A DNA stretch of 64,000 nucleotides from the human T2T-CHM13v2.0 reference genome, Homo sapiens. A model generated the notes under the pieces. That model was given only the letters and a program-made list of their open reading frames with translations, was not told where the DNA came from and ran no database searches. The stretch lies in the NCBI RefSeq assembly GCF_009914755.1, contig NC_060932.1; one strand, given 5' to 3'. Shown in pieces: positions 50,059 to 63,082 of this stretch. The translations under genes and the position numbers were made by a program. Each line of letters begins with the position of its first letter. Within the stretch, counting starts at the first letter, position 1.

Positions 50059-51190
50059 GCGGGAGTCACTGTCGCTCAGTGTCAAGGCCAACTGCAAGGG
50101 CAGGAGACCCAGGAGCCCATCGTAGGAGTCACACATCCAGCAGGAAGATAGGTCAACCTGGTCCCTAAATAACATTAAGACACTGAACCATCTGGAGTGC
50201 AGTTACCATGTCAGAAGCATTTGGAAGAGGAGTGGTCACCACCAAGAGACGTTTAAACCAGACCTTCTTTTATCCACTCAAGCAACTAGTGTAGAGTAAC
50301 TCAAGTTTACACTTTAAGGATTATGAATTCACAGCATTTGGTTAGGGAAAGACCAGCTTAAACTCTACCTTTTATTGTGTAGAAACAGTATTTTTTGTCA
50401 TTCAAGCACGTTTAGCAGTTGACGTGTGACATCCCCATGCCTGGAAACGGGATGGATCAATGACAGGGCCGAGTTTTCCCCTCAGGAAGTTTACAGTTTG
50501 TAATATGAAGCGAGCTCGAGTTATCCAATAGGCATTTGTGTTCAGGACACGGCAGATACAGCCGCCTGCCTGGGCCACTTCCATAAGCGGGAGGGCTGCA
50601 GGAGGGGTCCCCCTGAGGGCAAGAAGGGGCTGCTCCAGCAGGCAGGAGGCGGAGATTAAGGAAAATCACAGAGGTGATGGGGGAGGGTAACTCACGGCTT
50701 TGGGTGCCAGGAAAGGAGGTGAAAATCCTAGGAAAAGCCAAGTAGGGTGAATGAGATTGCAGCAAATTCTTAACACCATTAAAAGGAGAACCCCCGTTTT
50801 CTGGAGTTTAAAGGCCCTCCTTTATTCACTGAGAGTTGGCAGGCTAATTACGGGCTCTGGTTTTCTGCTCCTTGAGGGAAGTGCCCTCTGGACTCTTACT
50901 GCTAATAATAAACAACTGCACTTTGTAGGGCCTGAGTTGAGTTATGGATTGCACTTTAGATAAATAGATTCCATGTTGCCCTAATGCTCAGACCCAGACC
51001 TCTTCCAGATTCTGGTGGTCTCACAGAGAGTCCTCCAAGTCCACGGCACTCCCCACTTGCTGTGGTTTATGGCACCAACGTGCCCTCCATCTCCTCTGTT
51101 GCCTTTCACGTGGCTCGGTGAAATAGAAATGTGATGCTGAGGCCTGTGTTAGTTGGCAGTTATGTGCTTGGAGTGGCGAGAGTCAGGGTC

Positions 51191-51237
51191 GGGGCATCTG
51201 CTGTTGGGGCATCTGCTGTTGGGGCATCTGCTGTTGG
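51191..51237. repeat. 15-bp x3 tandem repeat
   Basis: (GGGGCATCTGCTGTT)3, perfect. Confidence 0.95.
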
Positions 51238-51542
51238 AGTCGCTCCCCTGTGACACTGACACTTGGTGCCGGGCAATCTTTCCCGGCAGCGTCTCATGCA
51301 GGAGGCACCCGTCCCGTTCGACGCCTCTGGCCGCCCCGTCCTTGCTTCTCATCTCACAGGGCACTGCAAGCCGCCTGTCGCAATCAGCATTGAGAGCCAA
51401 AACAGCTGTTTGGTGACTGTGCGAGGTTGTGAGTGTGTGGTTGGCTGGGAGGCTTATCCTCATCCTCCCAACCCCGTGTCTTACGTAGAGAAGAAGAAAG
51501 CCAGGGCCAGAGGTCACCTGCCTCAATGAAGGTCCTTACACC

Positions 51543-51670
51543 AGGGGCAGACCCATGACTAGAGCCCAGGTTCCAGGTGCACGCAGCAGCAAGGCGTGGG
51601 GTCTGTAGGGGGCAGACCCAAGACCAGAGCCCAGGCTCCAGGCGCACGCAGCAGCAAGCGTGGGGTCTGT
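51543..51670. repeat. ~64-bp two-copy duplication
   Basis: GGGGCAGACCCA.GAC.AGAGCCCAGG.TCCAGG.GCACGCAGCAGCAAG..CGTGGGGTCTGT twice. Confidence 0.85.
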
Positions 51671-51887
51671 GGCCGTTCAGTGCACGGGGCGTGTTTATGC
51701 ACCATGCTTCTCCTATGGAAGCCGTCCCATGGTGCGACATCCCCAGCAGCCCAGCGAGGGGGGTGGGTGAGGCTTGGACCAATTCCTCATGGTCAGGGGA
51801 GCTAAGGGACCTGAGTCCAGCAGGTCCAGGATGACCCTGCCACATCCCACGGGGAGAGGCTGGGTTCTGAAGCTTTGAAGTGTTTGA

Positions 51888-52263
<376 letters not shown>

Positions 52264-53074
52264 GATACGTTTTATCTATAAGAAAATTCTACAATCCTGT
52301 CTAAAGTACTAAGTAAAACAAGAAGTAGAAAGTGTTATCTCTTGAAATTAATTCTGAAAATCCGCCCTCTGCACTTCTTACATAGAACAAGACAGGCAGC
52401 CACAACGCGCCGTATCTGGGTCCGTTCTCTGTTTCAATGAGCAAAGCTTCAAAACATTAGAAATCAAGAAGGAACTTGAGCTCATTGCAACTAACTCTTT
52501 AATTTCCACCTCTGATCACACTTTACCCTCCTATTTTTATGTATTTTCCTTCTTCCAGGGGTCTTTTACCTTGAAATTCAATTGTATAGAAATAAACCGT
52601 ATTATATAAGATATGCCTTTAAGCTGATATTACGTGTTCACATTACAGTCAATAGGAAGCGCCTTTATTCTTGGTGCAGTTGGCCCCTCTGAGCATGAAG
52701 CTCACTGATCCCTCAACTATGGCCATTGTTTTCTCATGTGCATGTGTAGCAATGACTTCAAAACTTAACATCTCAAAATCACAGCATGGGGCTGTGAGTT
52801 CCGGTTACCTTGTATGACTGGACATTCGTAGCCGCTGCCGGCCTCCCAGGGCTCTCTGAGATGGATTTGAGGTGTGCGTGGCCCCTGCACTTTCTAGATG
52901 GCTTTCTCCTCTCGTACGTGATGAAACTGGCTGCCGTGATGGGCTGGGCTTGGAGCTGTGGGTGGGGCTGTCCAGATGCTTCTGTTGCTATGATCAACCA
53001 CAGCCAGGGCCATGAAGCAGGTGCCAGCTGAGCTGGGCAATGGGTTTAGCCCTTGTTTTCAAGTACTTATTTAC

Positions 53075-54455
53075 GCTTATTAATTTTAAGTGACAAAAGT
53101 ATATATTTATGGTGTAGAATATGATGCTTTGCATTGTGAGTACCTTGCGGAATAGCTCGATCAAGCTGATTAACAGATGGATCACCTCACTTTTTTGCGG
53201 TGAGAACAATGAAATCCACTGTCAGTGATTTTCTAGAATATGATGTGTTGCTATGAACTGCAGTCACCGTGATGAGCAACAGAGCTCTTAAACCTGCTCC
53301 TCCGTCTGTCTGAAATCTCATGCCCTTTGTCCAGCCTCTCTCAAGTCTGTCCCCAGCCCCGCCCTCCCTCTCCACTCCCACGAGTCTGAGTGTCTTGGAT
53401 GCATCATGTCAGTGAGTGAGCTCTGGGGTGCTTGGCTTTATGTATCTGGTTTCTTTTTTTTTTTTTTAATTATTATTATACTTTAAGTTTTAGGGTACGT
53501 GTGCACAATGTGCAGGTTAGTTACATATGGAAACATGTGCCATGTTGGTGTGCTGCACCCATTAACTCCTCATTTAACATTAGGTATATCTCCTAAAGCT
53601 ATCCCTCCCCACTCCCCCCACCCCACAACAGGCCCTGGTGTGTGATGCTCCCCTTCCTGTGTCCAAGTGATTTCATTGTTCACTTCCCACCTATGAGTGA
53701 GAACATGCGGTGTTTGGTTTTTTGTCCTTGTGATAGTTTGCTGAGAATGATGGTTTCCAGCTTCATCCATGTCCTTACAAAGGACATGAACTTATCAATT
53801 TTTATGGCTGCTTAGTATTCCATGGTGTATATGTGCCACATTTTCTTAATCCAGTCTATCATTGTTGGACATTTGGGTTGCTTCCAAGTCTTTGCTATGG
53901 TGAATAGTGCCGCTATAAACATACGTGTGCATGTGTCTTTATAGCAGCATGATTTATAATCCTTTGGGTATATAACCGGTAATGGGATTGCTGGGTCAAA
54001 TGGTATTTCTAGTTCTAGATCCTTGAGGAATCGCCACACCGTCTTCCACAATGGTTGAACCAGTTTACTGTCCCACCAACAGTGTAAAAGTGTTCCCATT
54101 TCTCCACATCCTCTCCAGCACCTGTTGTTTCCTGGCTTTTTAATGATCGCCATTCTAACTGGTCTGAGATGGTATCTCATTGTGGTTTTGATTTGCATTT
54201 GTCTGATGGCCAGTGATGATGAGCATTTTTTCATGTGTCTTTTGGCTACATAAATGTCTTCTTTTGAGAAGTGTCTGGTTTCTGTCACTTAGCACCATGC
54301 GTTCAGGGCTCATTCACGCTGAAATCCACAGATGGCAGGGTTTGCTTCTTGTTTAAAGCTGGATATACGCTGCTGTGTCCACACACCACCCCATTATCTG
54401 TGTGTTCGCTGGTGGATACTTAGGTTGCTTCCCTGGCACGGCTGTTTCTGTGAAC
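53075..54455 (-). mobile_element. L1MA-type 3' fragment split by a younger L1PA
   Basis: TGACAAAAGTATATATTTATGGTGTA...ATCAAGCTGATTAACA...GGTGAGAACA; resumes TCACTTAGCA after 54283. Confidence 0.75.
53455..54277 (-). mobile_element. 5'-truncated L1PA4/5-like element
   Basis: Poly-T, 3' UTR and ORF2 C-terminus (ORF 53812-54288). TSD TCTGGTTTCT at 53445-53454 and 54274-54283. Confidence 0.95.
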
Positions 54456-54499
54456 GATCCCATTGAAGCCACCTGAGTCTCGCGTGGCTGGCCCTCTCT

Positions 54500-54665
54500 G
54501 CACCTGAGACTCCCGGACAGCATCCGGGTTGGGGGTCCTGTGGAGCAGATCCCAGTCTCGGCCTCTAGAGCCTCCGCACCATGCCCCCTGCAGCCAGCAC
54601 CTGAGACCCCCAGACAGCATCCGGGTGGGGCAGATCCCAGCGTTGGCCTCTAGAGCCTCCGCACC
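54500..54665. repeat. Two-copy duplication (period ~97 bp)
   Basis: GCACCTGAGAC..GACAGCATCCGGGT..GCAGATCCCAG..GGCCTCTAGAGCCTCCGCACC at 54500 and 54597. Confidence 0.85.
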
Positions 54666-57612
54666 GCGCCGCCCCCGCCTCCTGTCCCCAGCCAGGAGGA
54701 GCCGCTGGAGGGACGTTTTCGTTCTCAGTAATTTAAGGTCTTTGCTGAGAGCTTGACGGGAAGGAAGTCGTAGTATCTGAAGCCTCAGGTGAAATTTCTC
54801 CTTGGCATTACCGGGACCAAATCCACGTACTGTGACATTCAAGTCAACGTGACAGGTGTGAACTGGGATGCCGCAGTATACCAAGTCCAGTTTTGACGCT
54901 GTGGAAAATTAGATAAAGTGAGTAAGACACAGTCCCTACCCTTGAGGGGCGGGGGAATTTTAAAGAAGAAACTGCCCCCTGTGGGAGGCCACGCCTTGTT
55001 CTCAGCCCGACTCAGGAGGAGCTCAGCTGCTGGCAAGTTGGAAACACAGGCTCTGCGATTTTGAGAGTGAACCTGCAAGAGACAAGCAGACGTTGGCAGT
55101 GCCGCGTCCCGGCTGGTGGAGGGAGCCCGGATGCCTGGCAGAGAGTCAGTGGTCTGTTGGCGGCCGGCCCACATAAGGGCACCATGCTCACCGTGTCTAG
55201 GCAGAGCTGGAGGCTCCTCCTGCCCAGGGTGGCCTCCAGGTGGGGAGGACGGCAGAGCTTCCCTCAGTCCCACTTTCCAGGTCATCCCCAGGGGTCCCTC
55301 TGGGTCACTCCTTGTGATGTGAAGAAATTCTCCATCACATGCAGAGTTCAGGACCAGTCAGGAAGCCCTCAAGCACCCACGCCTGCCTGTTCAGCAGGGA
55401 AGATTCTGGAAGCCGAGTCCTTGCTATAGGAACGTGTTGGGGCTGCTGCTTTGGGAAACTCACCTGACCACAGGGTCGTCCCGGAGCTGCTTCAGGTGTC
55501 CTGGGCGGCTGTGGAGAGTCCCTGGGCCCGATGAGCTTCATTAGACCTGAAGTTTGGAACCCTCTGTTCCCTACAGAAGTCTCTTATCGTCCTCTCTGGC
55601 TTGAGGCCACCACTGTGACGTGTGTGGCCAGGGTTCTTCCCTCAGTCTCAGACTCTAGGGCTGTGTCTGTGCTTGGTGCTCACGCTTTGCTGCTGAGACC
55701 ACCTGGGCGTTCAGTTGTCAACTACCAACGGACAGTCAGGGCTGTCCCAGCATAGGGCTGCACCCCCTCCGCTCTCCCGGCCTTCATTCCTCGTGCCCTG
55801 CTCTCCTGAGAAGCTTGGGCACACTTTGTTCGTTTCAGAGGCGTCCGCCCCAGCATGAGTGCTCAAGCTCTTTCCAGGCCCCCGGCATCCTCATGGCTGC
55901 AGCAGGTGGAGATTAGACTGCCCCTGGTCGCAAAGGCGTCAGAACAGTGAACATCTGAAGAGACGAGGGTGTCAGGAAGGTGCCCCATGGTCATCCCAGC
56001 TGGGACTGGGGCTGCTGGTGTCCAGGACGGGCCTCCCAGTTCTGCCTCCCGCTGGCCAAGCACCCAGTTAGAACTGGCTTCCCTGCACCCTCAGGAGCAG
56101 AGCCTGAAGTCAGGGCTGTCTACCAGGCATGGAGGCCTGGCCAGATGCACGCAGCCACCGACAGGTCAGAGACGGAGGATATATGTGTTATTAATGAAAA
56201 ACATGGTGAAGTGTTTTTAAATGGGAAACAGGCTGCACAGTGAACCAGGACAGAAAACTGTTTTCAGAAAGCACTACTGAGAAAACAATTGTTTCCCCAC
56301 TTGGAAAAATGCTTGCTGCCTATCCAATTACTTGGTACCTTCCTAAAAATAGTCTTTTAAAAACATATAATTCTTAATTCACTCATAAAACATCTAATTC
56401 TTATGTAAAAATTTCTGTAATTATTAAAAAATTATCTTCCAAAGGATTCTCTTCTTTTTTGTTTATGGACGTCTTATCAGGCATTAGGGGCGTGTGTTGT
56501 ATGTCAGAACGTTTGTTTAATTTTAGTTACACAGATAATCGCATCACCATCGTTGCTCACCCAGGAGCTGACCGTGTGGCGCGTTCCCCGGAATGCGTGA
56601 CCTGCTCCGAGGCCTTGCAGCGGTAGATACGTTTTGCGAAAAGGCTTCCAAATGAGGGTCATTTTTCTTAACCGAAGTTTTTAGCATTTCTAATTCTCCC
56701 ACAAAGTGCAAGAATATTTTGTTTCAACTTAATTAATAGTTACCTCCATGTTTGGATTGTCACACTGGGCAGCTGTGGGGATGCTCACGTTCGTGAGCAG
56801 AGTTAAGCTTCTCTCAAATAGCCATGACGTAGAGAAAAATGAAACTGAGGCCACAACCTGGAAACCTGTGTCATAACTTAGGCATCACCGATATCCAGGG
56901 CCCCGTCACATTTTTTCCTGATCCACTTAACTGCTTGTTGTAGTAGTGCTCACCTGTTAAAGACCCTACTTTCATGTTATGTGTTTTGTTTGGTAAATTA
57001 TCCTTCAATTCTTTTAGAAGTAGGCCACGTTTCACTGTGTGTGTGTAAATGCATCTGCATAGAGAAAAGCATTTGTGTCCACACACTGCAGTGACAACTA
57101 TTTCCCAAGCACCATGAAATTCTCCTGTTTGGAGTGTACCTGTCTTTCCCCCATCCCCAGGTGTCAGCACAGGGGCTAACACAGGGGAGAAGCCAGATAG
57201 GTGTGTGATGTTAATGCTGAGTGAGTGGACGAGACAGTGATCCTGTGCCCCCGAAGGAAATATTCGTGCTTTCCTCACGTTTCAACCCTGAGCTGGAACA
57301 AGTCGTCTGTGATTTTCATAGCATGGAGTTTCTCAGCTGATAACCAAAAGAATAATGACAAAAAAGTGGCTGTCATCACCAACAGCACTTGTGCAGAGGC
57401 ATCTGCAGGTCGAGGGGGGTATCTCTGAGATGAAAAGAGTAATTTGAAAACCACATATGTCAGGAAAGGTAGTGCCATCTGCCATGATTTCCCAAGCAGC
57501 CGCACGTTGTCAGTGGGGCTCCAGTAGCTGCAGTAGGAGCCTGTGCCTCCTGGCTTGGATGGCTGCATGTCAGCTGCAGCAGTGATGAGCCAGGGGCGGT
57601 AACTGCTCATCA

Positions 57613-58187
57613 CACATACACCAGGGTTCTCCCGAAAAGTGAGACTGACAGGATATATACAGACAGGCAAGAGGGGATTTATTATGGGAATTGGTCGCTG
57701 TGATTATGGGGGCTGAGAGGTCCCACTATTGTCCATCCACAAGCTGGAGACCCAGGGAAGCCAGAGGTGTGATTAAGTCTGCGTTTGAGGGCCTGAAAAT
57801 CGGGGTGGGCAATGTCTGTGGTCAGGAGGAGATGGAGGCCTCGCCCAAGAAGAAGGAACAAATTCTCCTTTCTCCACCTTTTTGTTCTTCCTGGGCCCTC
57901 AGTGGATTGGAGGATGCACACCTGCATTGCAGAGTCCAGTGCAGGTCTCTTCTGGAAACGCCGTCACAGACACACACGGAAGTCATGTTCCCACATTGCA
58001 GAGTCCAACTCAGGTCTCTTCTGGAAACGCCATCACAGACACACCCGGAAGTCATGTTCCCACATTGCAGAGTCCACTTCAGGTCTCTTCTGGAAATGCC
58101 ATCACAGACACACCCAGAAGTCATGTTTCACCAGTTACCTGGCTATCACTTATCCCTGTCCATGCTGACACAGAATTCACCACGACA
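57613..58187 (-). mobile_element. MLT2-family (ERVL) solo LTR
   Basis: CAGGGTTCTCC...GATTTATTATGGGAATTGG...CAAGCTGGAGACCCAGG...TCTTCTGGAAAC..TCACAGACACACCCAGAA...TGACACA motifs. Confidence 0.85.
57925..58128. repeat. 69-bp x3 tandem repeat inside the MLT2 LTR
   Basis: CATTGCAGAGTCCA at 57925, 57994 and 58063. Confidence 0.95.
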
Positions 58188-58341
58188 CCCTCCCTCCTCT
58201 TCTGCTCAGTACCTGAGCCCTTGTCTCAATACCTGAGCCTTTTCTTTCCGGGGAACCCAAACCAAGACAAAGGCCCTGGATAGAAAATGCTGTAGAAAAA
58301 GGGCTACTTCATAGCCCAGGGTCAAGCACTGTTTATGTTCC

Positions 58342-58597
58342 ATAAAGCTAAGCCACATGGATGCGGAGCAGCTGGGCCACCAGCTGTCTACATAAACCTG
58401 AGCTACACCAACATGTAGCATCCAGGCCACCAGCTGTCCACCTAAACCTGAGCCAAGCCAATGTGGAGCATCTGGGCCACCAGCTGTCCATATAAACCTG
58501 AGCCACGCCAATGTGGAGCATCTGGGCCACCAGCTGTCCATATAAACCTGAGCCACGCCAATGTTGAGGGTCTGGGCCACCAGATGTCCACATGAAC
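58342..58597. repeat. 50-bp minisatellite, 5 copies
   Basis: TAAACCTGAGCCACGCCAATGTGGAGCATCTGGGCCACCAGCTGTCCATA; TAAACCTG at 58393, 58443, 58493 and 58543. Confidence 0.95.
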
Positions 58598-58610
58598 CGC
58601 ACTACCTTTT

Positions 58611-58724
58611 TCATCTCCTGGGCCTCCTGCAGCGTTCCCTCCCATGGGGGATGAGTGGAATCAGGTTTCTCGTCTCCTGGGCCCCCTGCAGTGTTTCCTC
58701 TCATGGGGAATGAGTGGAATCAGG
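58611..58724. repeat. 59-bp two-copy duplication
   Basis: TC.TCTCCTGGGCC.CCTGCAG...CATGGGG.ATGAGTGGAATCAGG twice. Confidence 0.9.
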
Positions 58725-61659
58725 GTGCATCCTCCCAGAACTGGCCCACATGTGCATCTGTCCTCACCCTTGCACACCCATGTCTGTCCTGTGAGTGACC
58801 TTTGAGGAGTAGCCTGGGTCATTCAGGGACCCACTGGAAATGAGCCATGGCCGTGGATGAGGAACAGAGGCCAATTCTGTGGACTGTTACCTGTGTGGTT
58901 CTGTGTGTGTGTGTGTACGTATGTGCGTGTGTGCGTGTGGGTGTGTGGACGTAGACTCCCACACAGGCCCTCCGGTGTGGTGCTGGGCTATGCTGCGGCG
59001 AAAAGGAGCAATTTCCTTGAGGATTCCAGCTCCTCACCCCCATTAACAAGCTGCACATCCCTCTAAGGAGGAAAGGGACTTTTGTAAGCTTCAAGTTTGT
59101 GACCAGAAAGCAGCCCAGAAAAACCTCCCTATTGTTTTGAAATGACAACTACAGCTTCGTCGTGGGGCGTCACGCATGTTGCACCACTGCTTTCCACAGA
59201 GAGCTGCCTGGACCTTGTGTCCTGGGTGTGCAGAGGGAGCGCAGGTGGCAGCTGCCTCCCACCCACCTCTATAAGTGCAGGTGGAGCCAGGGCCTGTGGT
59301 CCAGAAGGATGAGCATCCCCCAGAGCTCGGGGGAAGGGGCTGCGAGGAGGGCACTCATGACTCAGGAGGGCCAGGTCCCAGGTGGCAGGTATGGTTTGCA
59401 GATGAGAGTGTGTGCTCTGCAGACTGGCAGACCCCAAAAGGCAAGGGGAGAAAGGCCGAGCCGCTCAGGCCCAGCTCCACCCCATGTCCATGGGTCAGGC
59501 AGGCCCCTCATGTCCTGAAGAGACACGTGTGCCTGGGTGTGCGGGAAGGTGTCCTTTGGCAAGACCACACCTGAACGATGCTTCCCCTTTCCCTCGGGAG
59601 TGAGCCCTACAGCAGGGGGATGGGCACCTCCCTCCTGGGCTAGGCATTGGTCTTGGCTGGGGGTTAGGAGCTGCACCCCCACGCCTGCCTATGCAGGTGC
59701 ACAGGGAAGGGTGGCAGCGGGCGTGTGTGCCCGGGACCTGGATACAGGCAGACTGTGCTTGGCAAGGGCTATACCAGTTGTGGATGAATCCTCAGAGCTG
59801 AGTTTCAGCTGCTCCTTAAAATGCAGCAGAGGTCGCTTGGTTGAATAAAGGTGAAGTTCCAGACTTCCAGACTGCTCAGTTTAGAAAGGATCTAAGTCAT
59901 CTGAAATAATTAAAGAGTACTTAAACACACATACACACAACAACAACCGCAGCAACAGTCGTCTGAATTACCGAAGAGAATTCTGGGGTATTGATGAATA
60001 GTGTAGAAATGAGATTTTAATATCTTCACTCAGTGTGGATAATTGAAAGCATGGGTGAATAGATACCGTTGAAGACTCTGCTTCACTCAACAGATATCTT
60101 GCAATATTTGAGCAGGTTGAGCTTCTCCCTGGTGATCTCTTTTGGCTATTAATCTATGTAGCAGTTTCTTTTTTGCATACTTAGTAGAAAAATAGATTCC
60201 AGGATTACAGAAGAGAAGTGAGTGCTTATTACAAATTAGTGGACATGTTAAAATGTTGGATAAAAGTAGGGTAGGAGGACACAGTAAAGGCACAGGCAGT
60301 CCAGTGAAGGCTGCCTGTGTGTCTGGATCACAGCACAGCTACCTCTTCTAGGTCAGGAGACTCAGCAGTTGGCTTCAGAAAAGTAATGACCTCGGGAAAC
60401 ACCATCTTCATGAGCCAAACTCATGCCAGCCAGATGGGCGCTAGAAAGCGAATGCTGTCCTTTTAGTGAAAAATCCCACTTTCTGGTGGAGAGTCTTATG
60501 GGTATTTGCACTCGGTGGCTCTCAGTCGGGCTGAATGTTTGTATCTAGGACACTTTAGCATGAGAGCTCTTGCATGATGGAAGGTGTGTATGGAAACACT
60601 TAAACGATGATTATTTTCAGATCAGTGAAGAGGGAAAAAAAATAAGTCTTAGAAACACTGGAATCATCGGCTGTGTCACTGGGTGGAGAGTGTGATCTCT
60701 ACACCGCCCCCTCCCTTGGTGATGACAGCCACGAGGTGGAAGGATTCCCCCCCCCAACCCCCCGCAGAGGCCGGGTCTCAGCAGGGGTCGGTCTGTGCAT
60801 CCCCGGGGGTCCCATCCTGTGGAAAAGTGTGGGGAGGCTGGGGGTGACCCCGAGAACAGGAGGATGAGGACGACTCCGTACAGGGAAGCTGGGATGGATG
60901 TAGGCTGAAGGGTCGGGGGCGTGGGGGCCGGGAGCGGATCCCTGCACAGGCCCACAGGAGAGGCTGGCTTTCCCTGGCCCCCGTGCTCTCCTCCCCACCG
61001 TGCAGCACCGGGTGTCACCTTCCTCCTGGGACAGCTTCGTGTCTTTTCCTCACTGCCTCTTTCCCCATCGAGGCTTCATGCGCCGTCTCCAGCCTCTTGC
61101 TGCGGGGTCCTGCGTGTTCTTTTCTCACTGAGCTCAGTCCCGTGGCCCCGGCTCCTAATTCATCTTCAGAGCTTGTTAAAACTGTGCTTTCCAATGTATT
61201 TCCTCAAGGACAGTCACTAGCAGTTGTTCTGAAATGATTCATGGTGTTTCCGTTCACACTGCGATGCTTGTTCCTCATAAACCATCCATCTGGCCTCGTG
61301 CTCCTCGGGGGCTGAAGGGCCTGGATGCTGATTGTTCTCTGGTCTGACCCGCCAGCTCCTCGGACCTCCGGAAAGAGCCTCCCGCCTGCACGTCCCACTG
61401 CCACGTCCATTAGCGTCACCAAAGCGTCACTTGCGCTGGACGGCAAACTGCAGATGTTGGTTTGACAAAGCCTCAGGGGAGCGCACAGCCCTTGACCTTC
61501 AAAGGTTGGATCTTATTTAGAGACACGTTGAAATCAGCCTGGATTCGGACTTACAGAGCTGTAATAACACGGGTTCCTGACTTGCTGGACGGAAGCTTCC
61601 AGAAGACTCTGAGAGAATGGAGAGTGGCAGCTTTCGCTTTGTTTTCCGTTCCCACACAT

Positions 61660-62130
61660 CGGTTTGGCATCGAACGATGCGTCCGCTGCTGGCTCCCGTG
61701 CTCGGTTTCTCCACGCCGCCTCCGGGCGGTGCGCGATTCAGCTCCAGGAGCGTGTTGTGCACGGCGGGGCGCTGCGCTCGGCCTTAGGGAAAGAAGGCGC
61801 GGCTGTCTCCCCGGACCCCACCGTTAGGGACCCACACCTAGAGGTGAGTGTGGCGTGAGCGGCCAGGCGGGTGCCGAGATGCCCAGAGACCAGCAGTGGG
61901 GAGGCTGCTCCCCGTCCTCGAGGCCTGGAGCCGTGGGAGGAAGAGGAGGATGCCACGGAGCCCTGTGGAGGCTGAAGCCGCTGCGTAGGGAGCCCCTTGT
62001 CCATCAGGGTTCTCGAGAGACGCAGAACCAGGGGTGCATGCACGCGTGTGATTGTGGAGGCTGGCAGGTCCCAACCACAGAGCCGAAGTCCCCAGCATCC
62101 CCGCGCAGGTGTGAGGCCCTCAGCGACCCT
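61660..62130. promoter_or_regulatory. CpG-rich segment (weak island)
   Basis: Dense CpG, e.g. CACGCCGCCTCCGGGCGGTGCGCG and CGGCGGGGCGCTGCGCTCGG. Confidence 0.45.
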
Positions 62131-62611
62131 GGAACCAGCAGGAGCTCTGCTCCCGCTCAGGGGCCGTGGGGCAGGGGGCTCCCCCTTCCTCGGGAAGGGA
62201 CGGCCTTCTGTTCCCTGCAGGGCTTCAAGGATTGGATGAAGACGCCGAGAGGACCTGGAAGGGGAGGAAGATTCTCCAGAGCCTCCAGAAGGAAGCCAGG
62301 TCCTGGGGACAATGTGCTTCAGCCCAGGGAGTCCGTTTTGGACATCGCATCTCCGGACGGATATAGATCGCTTTAGACACCCAGTGTGTGGTCACCGGCA
62401 CGGCAGGGGTAGACACAGGTGCAGCTCACACAGGGATTTACACACTCAGAGCTCCTGGTTCAGTGCCTGTTTGTCAGATGCCTGTGACGTGGTCCAGGCC
62501 GTGGGATCCAGTGAATGGAGCTTGACCCAGAGCACATTTCCCTGTGAGGGGCTTGTGTGCTGTGCCCTCCCTCATCACCAGGCAGCATCCGCAGACACAC
62601 AGCGGTGCCTC

Positions 62612-63047
62612 TGTGTACGTGTGTGCGGTGTAGGTGCTTGTGTGTACACATGTGTGTATGTGTACGGTATCTATCTGTGGTGTGTGTGTAAGCATGTGGT
62701 GTGTATGTACATGTGTGCACATGTGTGGTATCTAGCTCTGTGTGTGATGTGTGTATGTGTACACATGTGTGTACAGTATCTGTGTATCTGTGTGTATATG
62801 TGGTGTGTGTGTATACACATGTGTCTATGTACATGTGTGCACATGTGCAGTATCTGTATCTGTGTGATGTGTGTGTATGTGTACGCCTGTGGTGTGTGCA
62901 AGTGTGCACATGTGTACAGCATCTGTGTATCTGTGTGTCTGTGGTGTGTGTGTACACATGTGGTGTGTACAGTATCTGTGTATCTGTGTGCGTGTGGTGT
63001 GATGTATCTGTTGGTGTATGTGTATGCATGTATTCTGTATGTATAGA

Positions 63048-63082
<35 letters not shown>

